From: Nemertoderma westbladi
Taxonomy: Eukaryota > Animalia > Xenacoelomorpha
DNA length: 64,000 nucleotides
Reading direction: 5' to 3'
NCBI GenBank assembly: GCA_032718475.1
Contig: JAUCBJ010008313.1
Location: 186,001 to 250,000, forward strand
Under the pieces are notes generated by a model, which had not been told where the DNA came from, ran no database searches, and saw only the letters and a program-made list of their open reading frames with translations. Both the position numbers and the translations under genes were made by a program. Every line of letters begins with the position of its first letter. Within the stretch, counting starts at the first letter, position 1. Below are positions 47,650-61,028 of this stretch, piece after piece.

Positions 47650-49262
47650 AGCTATACTACTACTAGTATCGGCATGCTGCATTGCAGCTGCATTTTTAAG
47701 AATGCTGTTCCGGCTTGTCGACAAAATTGCGCCGCCACAACTCCCTATCACCCATGACATTTGCTAGATCATCCGCATCTTCAGGGCCAGTGTCCTTTAA
47801 GATGCGTCTCAAGAAAGTCATGGGCTGTCCACCATGCTTATTCACTCCATGAGGCTGCCAAAGTACAAGATTATGCACTGGCTGGTCCTCATGGTGAAAG
47901 CAATGTCCTGCAAAGCGGAGGCGATTTTGTTCTAGTGTCAAGCTTGGGGGAACCAATGAGACACCTCCAATGTTATATAGTGTCTGGTTGGAGATGTGTG
48001 CATTGTACTTGACACAATGAACCCGGCGTAGCATTCTTGTGAATGTGCCATCCAGAGATTTGGTGTCCTCAGCAGTTAGAGCCCAGCATGGACTCCCTTA
48101 GAGGAGTACTGGTACTACTGCTGCTCTAAATAATCAGACATTAAGTTTCCGATTAATTATCGGTGACTTCCAAATCCTGGAAAGCCTATTCAAGGCTGCC
48201 CATGCCTTTCCCTTACGTATTCGAAGGTCCTCACCTGACTTCCGGATCCATGATCCCAGGTAACAGAAGTCGTCCACATGCTCAAGCATACCATCCTTTG
48301 AGCTTATGCTCATCCGATCAGAGGCTTGCTGAGAACTTTCAAAGTTAACTGTCAAAATTTTGGTCTTTCTGGAGTTAATAACACTAGACCAACACTAGAA
48401 GCAGCATGTTCTATTGAGCTGAGGAGCCGTTGGGCTCCCTCTAGTGATTCTGAGAGTAGTCCTAAGTCATCAGCAAAGTCTAGATCAGTTAGGTACTTGG
48501 CAGGATTTCCTCGACTTCTGGAGCCAGTAGGTGGAGTTATCATCACCCCATCATCATTATGATGATCTAACGACATGCATAGAACATAGTCAACCACAAT
48601 TATGAACAAGAATGGTGCAAATGTGTCTCCCTGGAGGACGCCCCATAACACTTCAAATGGTTCTGTGTCACCATCAACAGTAGACACAAATGTTGTCGAA
48701 CCATCGTATACTGATCTGATTGCTGCAATAATTTCATCAGGAATCCCATATAATGAAAGTATGCTGAACATACGTGAGCGGGAGACTGAATCAAGGGCCT
48801 TGAAGAAGTCAACAAAGATAACAGCCAGATGCCTGTCTTTCTTTTTTGATAACTCTTCAATTATCCTTCTAAGTGCCAAAATGGGCTCCATGGTCCCACG
48901 ACCTTTACGGAACCCATTCTGATTTCCACGGAGCAATCTCTCAATGGGATCCCCGATGCGATTTAATAGAATTCTATTGTATAGCTTTGCAGCAATCGAG
49001 ATCAATGAGATTCCCCGAAAAGAACCATAGAGTGTTAAGTTGCCCTTCTTGGGAACTGGCACCATCTTGTTGTACGGTACATGTCTACTATGATGGGATA
49101 GATGAGCTTTAAACACTCAGGTATTTTAAAGACCTCAGGGGGAACACCATCTACTCCACTGGCACGATTGGTCTTAATGCTCTTTGCAGCAGCCTTCACT
49201 TCTGTAAAGGAGATATCGCCAATGGAAATATATGGGAGTACAGACTCAGACACTTTTACTTC
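47650..49262 (-). mobile_element. 5'-truncated RTE-like LINE (RT and C-terminus)
   Basis: ASGVDGVP, PVPKKG..FRGISL, NQNGFRKGRG, FVDFFKALDSV, GVLQGDTFAPFLF, LDFADD, FCYLGS, RLRFAGHC..LVLWQP; short (TAC)n tail near 47655. Confidence 0.88.
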
Positions 49263-50334
49263 TATAAAGTAAAACAACAGCTATAACTCGAGAACTAAAA
49301 GAGATTTTCGCTGTCATTTTCAGTTTTGAAATTGCCATTAAATTAAGATCCAAAATCCGCAAAAAAATTTTGATTTTTTTTAATTTTGACCACAAACACG
49401 TGCCCTTAAAAAATAATACAAACTAACTAACATTCTCAGTATGGGGGTTTTTAGGTCATATAATATTCAAGGATTTAAGGATAGATCGATTATTATGGTC
49501 CTCCTAACAAGGTGACTCGGTCTGGAGAGAAAGAAACTGTAAAGAAGTTAAAAAAGTTACGTTAGAGTAGACCCAAATAAAATTACATGTTCGGTCTGTT
49601 TAGAGTAGTAGACTCGAAGTAGAAAGGAGAAAGGAGTAGAAAGTTTAACTCTAGCATAAATATTAAATGATATGGTTTAAAAAATATGGTGTTATAGCTT
49701 TTGCAACTAAAACTCTTTTTGGTATTCACTTTCGGCATTCCCTTGCCTCATTCTTAGTGGATGGAATGCGTCCAATAAGAGTCTTTTATTTTCTGCATAC
49801 TATTGAACTCTAGTAAATAAATATGTGAAATACGCTTCTTATTGGAAGTTGCTATATAGACTGCTATTTTTCAGGGCTCTAAGAATTCTTTGCATTCGAT
49901 TGCTGGGCAGGTTTTATGCTGCATTGTGACATCTCTTTGTTCAGTATTCTGCTTTGCTAATAGCAGAAGGATGTTTGCCAATAACATCATAGATTTATTT
50001 ATACATTATGTAAAAACAATAACAAATACACCAAACAATGTACCGGTATAAAGGTATTGTCCAACATAACATATAGGATTACCCCTAAAGCTTTGCAGCT
50101 TATTTCCAAGGGGGTCCTTTATGTTACTTGGTTACAAATACAATATTACACTACGCTAACCTAAAACCAATATAAAACGTAATTACACTATGTACGTGTA
50201 CAACTTTACCGAGAGCGTGACAATGTCCGACTCAACGATAAAGATGTAATGTACAGAACAATTTATTATAAAACGTAATTACAGTATAAATTGTAAATAA
50301 TTAATAAACTAATAACTTACTGTAGGACAATTGT

Positions 50335-50580
50335 GCCTATTTTTACATTGCACATGGAGGTGAGATTTAACTGCAGATTTAAAAGAATGTTGATTATTTA
50401 GGTTTTTAATTTCATTAGGCAGAGCGTTCCAATTTTTAATACCGTTAAAAAAGAAAGTATCAGATTCGAAGGATTTACAATTCGGGAGGTAGAAGTTTGA
50501 AGCACTAGCTCTGGTACTGTAAGAGTGTGTATCGCGTACTCTGTTGAATTTTTGTTTTAGGTAATTGGGACATTTAGCTT
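50335..50580 (-). mobile_element. 3' fragment of a CR1/L2-group LINE ORF2
   Basis: Minus translation VPNYLKQKFNRVRDTHSYSTRAS..TFFFNGIKNWNALPNEIK..SFKSAVKSHL is the typical C-terminus. Confidence 0.75.
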
Positions 50581-51788
50581 AAAGTTTATGAAATATAGTT
50601 AATTACCGCAACATTGTGTCAGTAGCACGCAAGAATGATTTATACCCTAAACAGAGAATTGATTGTACTGACTTACTGTTGTACATGTTGATTTATTATA
50701 TATTTGATGGTCAATTTATATATTTGTTAATGATTTGGAGATTCTGCTACCTCAACACTGCATAACTTCTAACTTGTTTATATTTATATTTAACGAGGTA
50801 AGCTTTTGGGTGGTAAATTAGCAGTCTCGGTTCACCATTCATTGATGTGCATGAGAATACATGTTATCAGTTAGCCCAAACATGTGTGAGCCTGTCTACT
50901 CCTTATTAATGATGAAATTGTCCCAAGTCAGTAAATCAGGTCCCAGGGTGTATTTCAGTTGGGTCCATAATACCATATCCCTAAAGGATGTGACAAGCTA
51001 TAATTATCATTAATAATCTGTTGTAACTTACCTTAGGTCATAGACCAGTCTGTTATCTAGAACACAACACCTAAAACGGAACTTTTAATACTATCCCTTA
51101 AGTGAACATAATTCTTAGGAATTATACAGCGAGAATCAATCGAATGATACATAACCAGCACAATTCAAGTAAGCCAATATATTTCAGGATCCCATTTAAA
51201 GGTGGGTCATTCGCCGCGTTAGCTGATTTATATCTGATTGTATCTCGTTTGGCAAACTTAAGCAAGATTTCTGTGATAATAAAATTGTATGGTGAAAATT
51301 ATCAAAGTCTTCTAAAAGCACCATTGGACGAGGGACTCTGCCAGGTGGGTGATGAAGCCCTAGGTTTCTTTACACCAGACACCACCCGTTGTTCCTACTA
51401 AGGATGATAAATTTATTCTCCATTCTTCATACACTACCTGGTAGTGAAGTTTATTTTCTCAGACCTTTTGTTGGAGTAGTGACTCGATGGAATGGTTAGC
51501 TTGGACGTAGGAGGAGGCATCAGCGTTTTTTAACAAGATATCAAAGATGCCACCCTCTGATTGTTCCAAATTCCCTGAGCATTGAGATCGGCCTGGACTC
51601 CTTCCGGCTGGCCCTCTCTCTCGAGTTTCTCTCTCGAGTTACTGAAATTACTTAATTAATAATTACTTAAAATCTGACTTAATTACTACTGCTGTACTGT
51701 TTAAACTCTGAAATATTGCTGTATTGTCGGAATTTTGAATTTTGTTATTTTATTACATTGGTATATTGTCGGTTCCCAGTTTATTGGG

Positions 51789-52796
51789 ATGTCGACCCCG
51801 CTCCTTGTAGAAAATGGAGTGTTGTGTTTCTCCTTCCTACGTCTTCAATGAGGGACTCCGTACAATGAACTTCTAGAAACCATGCTGTGCTGGACTGGGT
51901 TCTCAACGGCTCACTTCGAGGAGGGTCGAGGTCAGCTCCTGGAGCTCATTCCTGACTGTCGAGACATTAGAAAGAAATTTGGACAGAAACATACTGGAGA
52001 TGGAAAGCGCCGCCGGTTTATTGGCGACATATTGGATTTTTTTGAATCCGCTGAATTCCATGCCCTGGATCCAAAACCTCGTTTCGTTGTGGAAGATTTC
52101 TCAGTCCTCCCTCCGGTATCGACTTCGGGTTCAATTATTTCAATGCTAATGAAGCATATGGATACATTGAAGGCGAAAGTAGCAGTACTCGATTCTGCAA
52201 CACCTACGCCCCAAGGTCTACTGAATACGTCGGAAATAGGCGATCGCGTTCAGGTTAACGTTCAACAACCTCCCAGACCCAAACTGGGGGTGAGCTGGGC
52301 GTCGGTAGCACACTCCAATGCCCCCGTTGATGAAGATGGGATGACTCTAGTAGGACCTCGTGGTAGGCCTGCGCGAATAACTCGCTCCAGCAATGACCGG
52401 GGCCGGGGCCCGGTCGTCGGGACTGTTAATCGAGCAATGCGGCGTCCTCAGGTTCGTGGTACTGGTAATGGACTCTCCCTTCGAGGTGTGGCTCCAAAGG
52501 CAAAGGTGTTCATATCTCGACTCGAGGTCGATGTGACTGCATTGGTGTTGCTGGATTATATTAAGGAAACATTCAAATTCGACGTTGAGTGCAAAGAGTT
52601 CAAGTTCAAATATGAGACAAATTACAAATCTTTTGTGGTTTCCGGAACACGTGATCAAATGGATACCCTGAAATCGGAATCCTCCACTGATCTGTGGCCA
52701 AGCGACTCCGTCGTCCGTGAATGGTTCGACCGATCGCATCAGCAAAGCGACCAGTCTCCCTCCACGCATCCAGTCGATAATAATAGTCTACAATAA
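51789..52796 (+). pseudogene. LINE ORF1
   Basis: ATG 51789 is in frame with ORF 51882-52796, with one TGA at 51849. LVENGVLCF at the N-terminus and VFISRL..YKSFVV..LWPSDSVVREW at the C-terminus resemble LINE ORF1 RRM-like regions. Confidence 0.75.
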
Positions 52797-52802
52797 CTGA
52801 TA

Positions 52803-55456
52803 ATGAAAATAGGATCATACAATGCAAACTCTGTACGAACCGGTAGCAGTCGTCTAGTTTTAGATAAACTCTGTGAATCATGTGACATTGTTTTTATCCA
52901 GGAACATTTACTTCCTAAACAGGACATTCCTTACCTGGGAAAGATAAATAATGAATTTGAACATTATGGAACATCGCCTGTAGATCTCGCTAATGTTGTC
53001 GCTAATGTAAACCCTTGTTGGTCGTCCATACGGCGGATTAGGAGTGATTTGGAAACGTACTTTTACGAGTGCAATTGAAGTCATAGATTCCTCGGATCCA
53101 CGATTTCTGGCAATAAAAGTTTCGCAGAAGGGCGGTAATGACATTGTCTTAGTTAATGTATACCTGCCTTATGAGTGCAGGGACAACCACGATGAATATT
53201 TGGACTGTCTCGGAAAGATTCAGGCCCTTATCGAATCTATCCCTGTAAACCATGTAGGGTTTATTGGCGACTTTAATGCTGATCCTCGACGACAATTTTA
53301 TGTCGACTTACTGGCAACTTGCACGGAAACTGGGTTGAGAATCATCGACGTGGAACGGCTGCCGCCGTCAATGTTCACATACGTCAGTGCATCCTACAAC
53401 ACGACATCCTGGCTAGACCACCTCATATGTAGTGGTACAATGGAATCAATTGTTATGAATATCAGCGTAGATTATGACGTATCAACGCTTGATCACATGC
53501 CGCTAATAATCGATCTCGAAACGGAAGTTGTTTTACCCAATGAGGAGTCCTCTCCGCATGGCCAACAGGCTCCCGCGTTCAGTAAACCGGCCTGGGATCG
53601 GGCTTCAGACCAGGACAAAGTCAATTACCGACAGGCAATGGCATGTCATCTTAAATCGATAAATGTACCTTGGGAGGCGCTACAGTGCCGTAACCCGCAG
53701 TGTTCGGGTCATCGATCAGACCTTGAACAGTTATACGACAATATTACATCGGCACTACATTTGGCCGCCGATGAAACGATTCCCCGTTCTGGAGCTCCGG
53801 CCATTTCGAAACATGGAATTCCGGGTTGGAATGACGAGGTCAGTGAACTCCACAGGGAGGCTCGCGAACAATTTCTTCTATGGCGGGAGGCCAATAGTCC
53901 GCGGTCTGGTCAGGTGCATCGATTAATGGTACTCTCTAGATCGCGGTTTAAACTGGCCTTGCGGCGCTGTAAGAAGCAACAGGATACAATTCGCAATGAT
54001 AAACTAGCGTCCTCTTTGATGACCGATTCTAGTTACACGTTCTGGAAAAATATAAAACGCGATGTACAGTATAAAACCCCATGTGCTGCTAAAGTAGGGG
54101 GTGCTTGTGGAGATTATAATATTGCCAACATGTGGAAGGATCATTTTTCTGATATTTTTAACTCAAACCACTCCGGTGCTGATATTTCTCATATTTTTAA
54201 CTTCTTTACGGATCTTGAATTTAATAATGAAATGATTTTTAATGTAAGTGAATTACTCAGTGCAATGACTAATCTAAAGGAACATAAAGCATGCGGCAAA
54301 GATGGTATCTTTGCAGAACACATAATTTTATCGAACCAATATTTACACGGCCTACTATCGCTGCTATTTACTGCTTTTAACTTTCATGGTTTTTTACAGT
54401 CGTCAATGATAACTACTGTACTTAATCCTATAGTTAAGGACAAGTCAGGCGATGTATCCGATAAAGGAAATTATCGTCCCATTTCGCTTTCGTCTATTAT
54501 TAGCAAATTATATGAGCTAATTATTTTAAGTCGTATTGATCATTATTTATATACAACCGATGCGCAGTTTGGGTTTAAGAAGAAATTAGGTACAGAGTTA
54601 TGTAGTTATACTCTAAAAGAAATCATCGATTATTATTTGCTCAACGGTTCTAATGTTTATATAACATTCCTCGATGCGTCAAAAGCCTTTGATTCGGTAG
54701 ACCATAATATTCTATTCTTGCGATTATTTGAACGTGGTATACCCATATTTTTATTGCGTGTTCTCGTGTTTTGGTACACAAACCAATCAATGCACGTTAG
54801 ATGGTCTGGTACATTGTCTCAAAAATTTATGTGCAGTAACGGGGTGCGGCAAGGTAGCATATTAAGCCCGAAATTATTTAACATTTTCATCGACCGGTTG
54901 AGTATTGACCTCACCAATACTGAGGTAGGATGTTCCTTTGACGGTACTTGTGTCAATCACCTTTACTATGCTGACGATCTGGTTTTAATTACAACGACTC
55001 CTACTTCTTTACAGCTTCTGTTAGACATCTGTATGAAATTTGCTGAAATTTGGGTATGTAATTATGAAATTTGAAAATAGTATGAAATTTGGGTGCTCCG
55101 ATAATGTAAAAATACAACTCTTTTCTAGTTATTGTTCATCTGTTTATTGTAATGCCCTTTGGGCTGACGGTTACTACACACGTAACGTGTTTAATAAACT
55201 TTGTTTAGCACTAAATAAATCGGTTAGGAAGTTATTTGGTTTTAAATTGTATGAGAGTATTACGGACACTCATCTCAGTGCCAGTTATATGTTAATGTCA
55301 CTTAGGATTAATTCAATTAATCATAATCATCGCTTTGCCTTACATAGTCTGTTTTCTAGAGTCAGGAATTCTAATAACTCAATTCTGTCACTTGTACATT
55401 CTGTTTGCGTGCCTCAATCAATGCTTTTTAAAACGTATAACCGCCTCCGTCTGTAA
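52803..55456 (+). pseudogene. LINE ORF2: AP endonuclease and reverse transcriptase, two frameshifts
   Basis: SYNANS, IQEH, NVYLPY, GDFNAD, WLDH, LDHMP (APE); NYRPISL, QFGFKK, FLDASKAFD, GVRQGSILSP, YYADD (RT). Confidence 0.93.
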
Positions 55457-56825
55457 TTAGTTATTTATTTATTTTTAAACAAATTGACGTATTTTGTTGG
55501 ATAATATATTTCACGTTTTTATTAACAAGTCTATATGAATTGATGATGATAATATTGTGATTTTATTGACTCTATATATTTTTAAGTAAGCAGTATCAGG
55601 TACAACAATATCAATTTTTTACTAATGTGCTATAATTATGTAGGCTATGTCATTTATGATGAATATAAAACGATTATTATTATTATTATTAAAGCTGAGG
55701 TAAAGTTAAAACTGAGGTAAACTGAATGTAAAGGTATATTAAATCGATTGATGCATCTATGAACGAACAACATACAGTACATGAATGCATGACTAATAGT
55801 TTCACAGCGCCCCCTGAGTAATTAAATATCTTACAGCTGATGAATATTTTATTCCAAATTTATTCAGAAATCCTATTGATACAGTGCAATATGTATCAAT
55901 TCCCGCTCTTATGCAAACAGAACTTTACATGTCAATATCGGCAATCCAGCACAAACCATATCCGGAGGGCACCAGTCTATATATGACCCCTCGTTCACCA
56001 ATTTCTCTGTTTGGTTATTCCCGACTTGTGACTTCTTTAAAAATGTAGGACTTTGATTTTCTAACCTGCCCCTAACCATAGCAACGACGGTCCGCGCTAC
56101 CCCATAGCAACAGCAGATGGACAGTTGTTGCGCAGATGACCGATAGTTTTTGTGCAGATGACCAATAGTTTTTGTGCAGATTACCTAACACCTAACATTG
56201 CCAACAATCTGCTCACCAATGACGAGTATCTATGGAATGCACATATTAGGAGTAAAAACTGAAATACACTGGTGAACTTTAGTTTGTCTATTTGGTGTAT
56301 CCGCATTGGTGGATCCGCAAAATAATGTTAACCTGTTGCCTTGTTCAAAATAGGGCGAGAGCTGGAGAGTATTATTCCATATCATATATTACCATAAATA
56401 AACTTATTAATATTTTTAACTACATACTCCTCTATGCTTCCTAAGAATTTCCAAAAATACAAGATTCCTGCTGCGCACATTGAGATCTCTCTATGGCTTA
56501 ATTAAAGCTTACAATAAACCGTCTTGTGACCATATATATATATATATAATATATATGAATCAAAGGAGGTTAACAAAATATTGATTTTAAACCTTAGTAT
56601 ACGGTTTTCATATGTTACGAGTAGAATAATAAACTGTGGCTGTACATGTAAGTACAATGTATTTACCACTGATGATGTACATAACAGGCGATGTTCTCAC
56701 ATTCATTCATTTATTCAATTCAATTTAATTGAAAATATTCCGTTAATTTAATTATCCTGTACTCTGTACTCTGTCGCACTCCCTGTACTCGAAATATAGT
56801 ACTAGGCTGGCAGTTTGAATAAAAC

Positions 56826-56934
56826 ATGGCCGATAAAATCACCCAAGCAGTAGCTTGTCTGCTAGTTGCAACTGCCCTATTCCTCGGAGGCGCGAATTCA
56901 AAGGATATCACATTTGATACACTGGAGAAAAGAG
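56826..56934 (+). CDS. Probable first coding exon of a host gene for a secreted protein (signal peptide)
   Basis: AAACATGG start context; MADKITQAVACLLVATALFLGGANSKDITFDTLEKR; ends at AG|GTGAGT, a consensus phase-1 donor. Confidence 0.6.
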
Positions 56935-57799
56935 GTGAGTATCTCTAATAGCGCAAAAGTACGACTACTCCTCCGGGGGGAGTCCTCCCATGCAAGTTGC
57001 TAAAATTGTATTATTTATCTCGATATGCTACACTGATATTTGAGCCTCTATTATTAGTTAAAACTTCAATGAATTGAGGTCAACCAACAATATTACTTGA
57101 AACTGCCTCTATTGAATTAGCTTACCTTTAGTCAACCCAGCTAATACTGTTAGACTACTGTATATTGGAACATCGCCAAGAGAGTACAATAGGTTGTAAC
57201 AGAAAGTCTCAATATCAACAGCACTGATCTATTTGAGTCTCTATTATTAATTCAAATCAATGAATGGGGTACGTCTATAATATATTGTATAATATAGTTT
57301 ATTATTGTATAGTATAGTTTGTTTAAGCTAAGAGGCCAATGCCGCATAATTAAAATTAAATACACCGACACCGCCAAATTTATTATTGTTTGGATATTCC
57401 CATAGGATTCACTGGTGAGAGCTATCAGCTGACGGGGGAATACATTACAAACTACAGTTATTGTTTCTGTTTTATTACTGTAATACGTGGCAGGTAATAG
57501 ACTTCTCTGCAGTTTGGGCCAATCCATTGATTAGTAGTACTAGGCCCTCTACTAAATTTCCTTCCATATATACACGAGATGGTGTTTTTATCAATGCGCC
57601 TATGGCGTTTTTCGGTTTATATCTATTTTTCGAGCGCAGAGGGAAGGGAGTAGCCGACATGCCAGGGACCTTACAATCGGGAATGTTTAAAACCCGGACC
57701 GATTCCGGTTTCTACCAAACTATGTAAACTGGTAGGAAACTGTAAAACAGCTGTTAACTGACATGGTGCAGATATGACCTGACCATAGGCTGCTTGTTT

Positions 57800-58400
57800 G
57801 GGGGGGGGGGGGGACGCTAACCGGTATGCAGTTATCCAGTCTGCCACTAGGGGGCGAAATGTCTGAAAGTGAAAACCTTCTCCCATTTCTTTGTTTATAA
57901 TGTTTTTTTTGCTGGTACTTGGCAGAGTTCTACCACAGCATAATGCCGTGTTTGTTTGGTGAGGGATGATGCTCACCAGTCTGCAGTTCCACAGTCTGCG
58001 GTTAGGGGGGGGGGGGGGGGGGGGGGATGTTTGAAAGTGAAAATCCTTCTCTTATCTCGTTATTTATAATGACTTTTAGCTGATATTATATGAAATATTT
58101 ATTGTATAGGATACTTGGCAGCTGTTTACTACACTACACCATTAGGCAGCAAATATGGGGTGGACGCTGACCAGTCTGCAGTTCTCCAGTCTATAGTTAG
58201 GGGGCGAACTCTTAGCCAGTGAAATCCTTCCCCCATTTCGTTGTTTATAATGCTTTTTTGCAAATTTTAGCTCATTTTAATTCTTTAGAGTTGATTCTTT
58301 GCAGCGATCTAAAAGTACCTACTAAACTATAGGTTGTCAAAGTCCTTGGAGGATGTCGGACTGTTTTAACCTTCTCCCACATTTTATTGTTTGTAATGCT
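57800..58400 (+). repeat. Degenerate ~170-200-bp tandem repeat, three to four copies
   Basis: Recurring CCAGTCTGCAGTT..TAGGGG..AGTGAAA..CCTTC..TTGTTTATAATG. Confidence 0.6.
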
Positions 58401-58686
58401 TTGGAAGTGATATTTTGACAGGTAACTACTACAACATAATCTTATACCTTTATGTTATACCTGCCAAGTTTACCAGCGTTATACTGTTTGTTTGCTCATT
58501 CATGTGACATTTTAATTTGAAATGGTGAAGAAGTTGGTCTTTCTAGGTTGAATAATGTTAGAAAGCCAATGTTGTGACAGTGATTTAATTCCTGCAGCTG
58601 TCACAATTTGCTGTGAATGCAAATAACTGAAAGAAATCTTCTAACTCCAAACTATATTTATTAGATATTCTCTAATAATATTATTA

Positions 58687-60270
58687 TTGAGTGGGCCAGA
58701 CAACATCTCGTACGAGACCTTGAAAGCTGCACTCCCTCAGACGATTCTCTTGTGGACCACTCTACTAAATGCCTGTTTCAAGGCCAGCAGGGGAGTAAAG
58801 TCCTGGAAAGAGAGTATTATGAAGGTCCTTTACAAGGGCAAGTGCCCTCGAGACTTAGTTGACAACTACAGAGGTATTGCACTCCTTCAAAACCCGTATA
58901 CAATTTTCTCTGGTTTAATAGAAAAGCACATACGTAAATGGCTCAATGAACACATCCCATCAGATCAATATGGCTTTATGCGAGGAAAGTCAACAATAGG
59001 ACCACTAACCAATTTAATAAATAGAGTTTTGGAGAACCTATCAATCCCACGGCGACCACTCTATGTAGCATTTGTTGACTTTAGAAAAGCCTTCAATAGC
59101 GTCCTGTGCCAAAGGTTCCTTTACAAACTTAGTTATGTTTTCAATACGAGGCTGAATCCTCAAAATCCTTTAATGGATCCTAGAGTCTAATTTCATCAAG
59201 ATATCCAATGGTCTTCGCACAACAAACCCAATATCACAGTCAGTGGTTTTCAACAGGGCGACGGCTTTAGTTCATACTTATTCATCCTCTACATACTTGG
59301 TGTGGGGTCATCATGACCCCATGACCATCATTAAAGAAGCTGCACTCAGCATCATAATCCATTTCTTTGCTGATGATGTCGTGTTATACATTGATTCCCG
59401 CGAAACACTCCAGAGGGGACTTGATGCTCTTTCTAAGTGGTCCACTCAAAGTTAACCTCACAAAAACAGAGGTGATTAAATTGCGATGAGGTGGTCGCCT
59501 TGTTCGTCCTGATTCCTTCAATTATCGCGGCAATCGAATCAATATCACTAATATGTCTAATATCACTAATATATACATATCTCGGAGTGACATTAACACC
59601 AACTCTATCATTCTCAATCAAAACCTGCAAAGTGTTAAAGGGAATCCATTCAATTAAAAATCCGCACTGCCTCTCACTAAAAACAGCAACCAAACTGTTC
59701 GATACCAAAATAAGACCAATAATCAGTTACGCCATTCAAACATACTGGACACACCTCACGCCAACAAACTTTGAAAAATTAGACAAAATTAAAGCGGTTT
59801 ACCGTAAACGCTGCATGGGTATCCATAAATCGACACAAAACCGACTTGCTCTCAACTTTCATCTACAGGAACCCTTATGTGTCGAATCTTAGGTTACATT
59901 AAATCTGCCCAGAACATTGGCCTATGAACAATACGTCGAACTCCAAGCGATTAAAACGGCAAAATTCCTCCTGAATTCTGGCAATCACTGGGTTTTACAA
60001 ACAGAAGCTGGTCAGAGTCCAACCAATCCCTACACCACGTGACAACCCGCTTTAGTTGCCATGGGTTCCACCACTCAATCTGTTGTAGAACGGGATATCA
60101 CACCCCATACATTGACTGTAGGTGCAGTCTGTGTGGGGACACCACCACAATTTATCATCTCACTGATTGCACCACAAACCACGAGCCACTTCGACACTGG
60201 GCAACATTGTCTTGCCCCATCCCCTAGTTTACCTATTTTAAACTCTGACCTTTATTTATTTTTTTAAATT
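58687..60270 (+). mobile_element. 5'-truncated LINE (RT and C-terminal Cys/His finger), degenerate
   Basis: GPDNI, LYKGK..DNYRGIALL, QYGFMRGKST, FVDFRKAFNSV, FADD, YLGVTL, HGFHHSIC..CRCSLC..YHLTDC. Confidence 0.85.
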
Positions 60271-60329
60271 AAATATAATCTGTTTTAAATTACAAGCATT
60301 GATTAATTAATCACATAATTTTTACTCCC

Positions 60330-61024
60330 TGCTTTTAATCCTCTTTATCAGAAGTAAAATATACCTCATCTTCACCTATTTCATCCGAACACACTAAAGC
60401 TTCCTGCTTTATATCCAATTCACCTAATCGTGATGTAACCTCACTTCTCTTCCCTGAAATTTTCTTTAATACCTATGAAACTTAAAACAGGGACAGTTGT
60501 CCTTGCAAGTTGTTCTTCTGTGTGTGACAGTCCAGCGTTCTTTAAAAGTCTGAATGCAATCACCCCATCATCGGGCAGCTCCATACCATGTTTCCTTACC
60601 TTTGAATATAAATTATCAAATTCCACCAGATATTCCTCCATGGTTATCACAATTGGGCGTATATATATATCTCAAAATTCTCACAAGCACAAAATCACAG
60701 CTCACAACTCCTTGTCCTTTAAATATAAATCGTCCAGCTTAGTTATTAATTTCTCCAGTCCATCTTCACTGCTTAATTCAGCAATTGGTATATCCACTGT
60801 AACTTCCCTCGCTTTTCTGCTCATTGATAACACCAACACCAGACCTTGGTTCTTTTTATTTAAATCAGTTACTATTCACCATATTTCTATTTCCTTTTTC
60901 CAGTTGTCAAAGGAATGATCTGCACGCATTTAGGGGGGTATTTTATAACTTGCTACACCTGCCGATTCTGCCCTTTTGTTGAGGAACAACCACGCTCTGC
61001 TACCATGAAATACTGACTATAAAG
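60330..61024 (-). mobile_element. gag: 5' portion of a Copia (GalEa-like) LTR retrotransposon: LTR end, PBS, gag relic
   Basis: Minus strand reads CA-TGGTAGCAGAGCGTGGTT, then PP..SFDNWKKEIEIW..TDLNKKNQGLVLVLS..DGLEKLITKLDDLYLKD and MEEYLVEFDNLYSK..LPD..AFRLLKNAGLS. Confidence 0.8.
60988..61005 (-). promoter_or_regulatory. Primer-binding site complementary to initiator tRNA-Met 3' end
   Basis: TGGTAGCAGAGCGTGGTT directly after the LTR-terminal CA. Confidence 0.85.
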
Positions 61025-61028
61025 TTAA

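Larger units (their letters stand above)
51470..55690 (+). mobile_element. Near full-length two-ORF APE-type LINE (RTEX-like; clade uncertain)
   Basis: ORF1, ORF2 (APE-RT), 3' UTR and (ATT)n tail at 55673-55690. The 5' boundary is approximate and no TSD was found. Confidence 0.85.
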
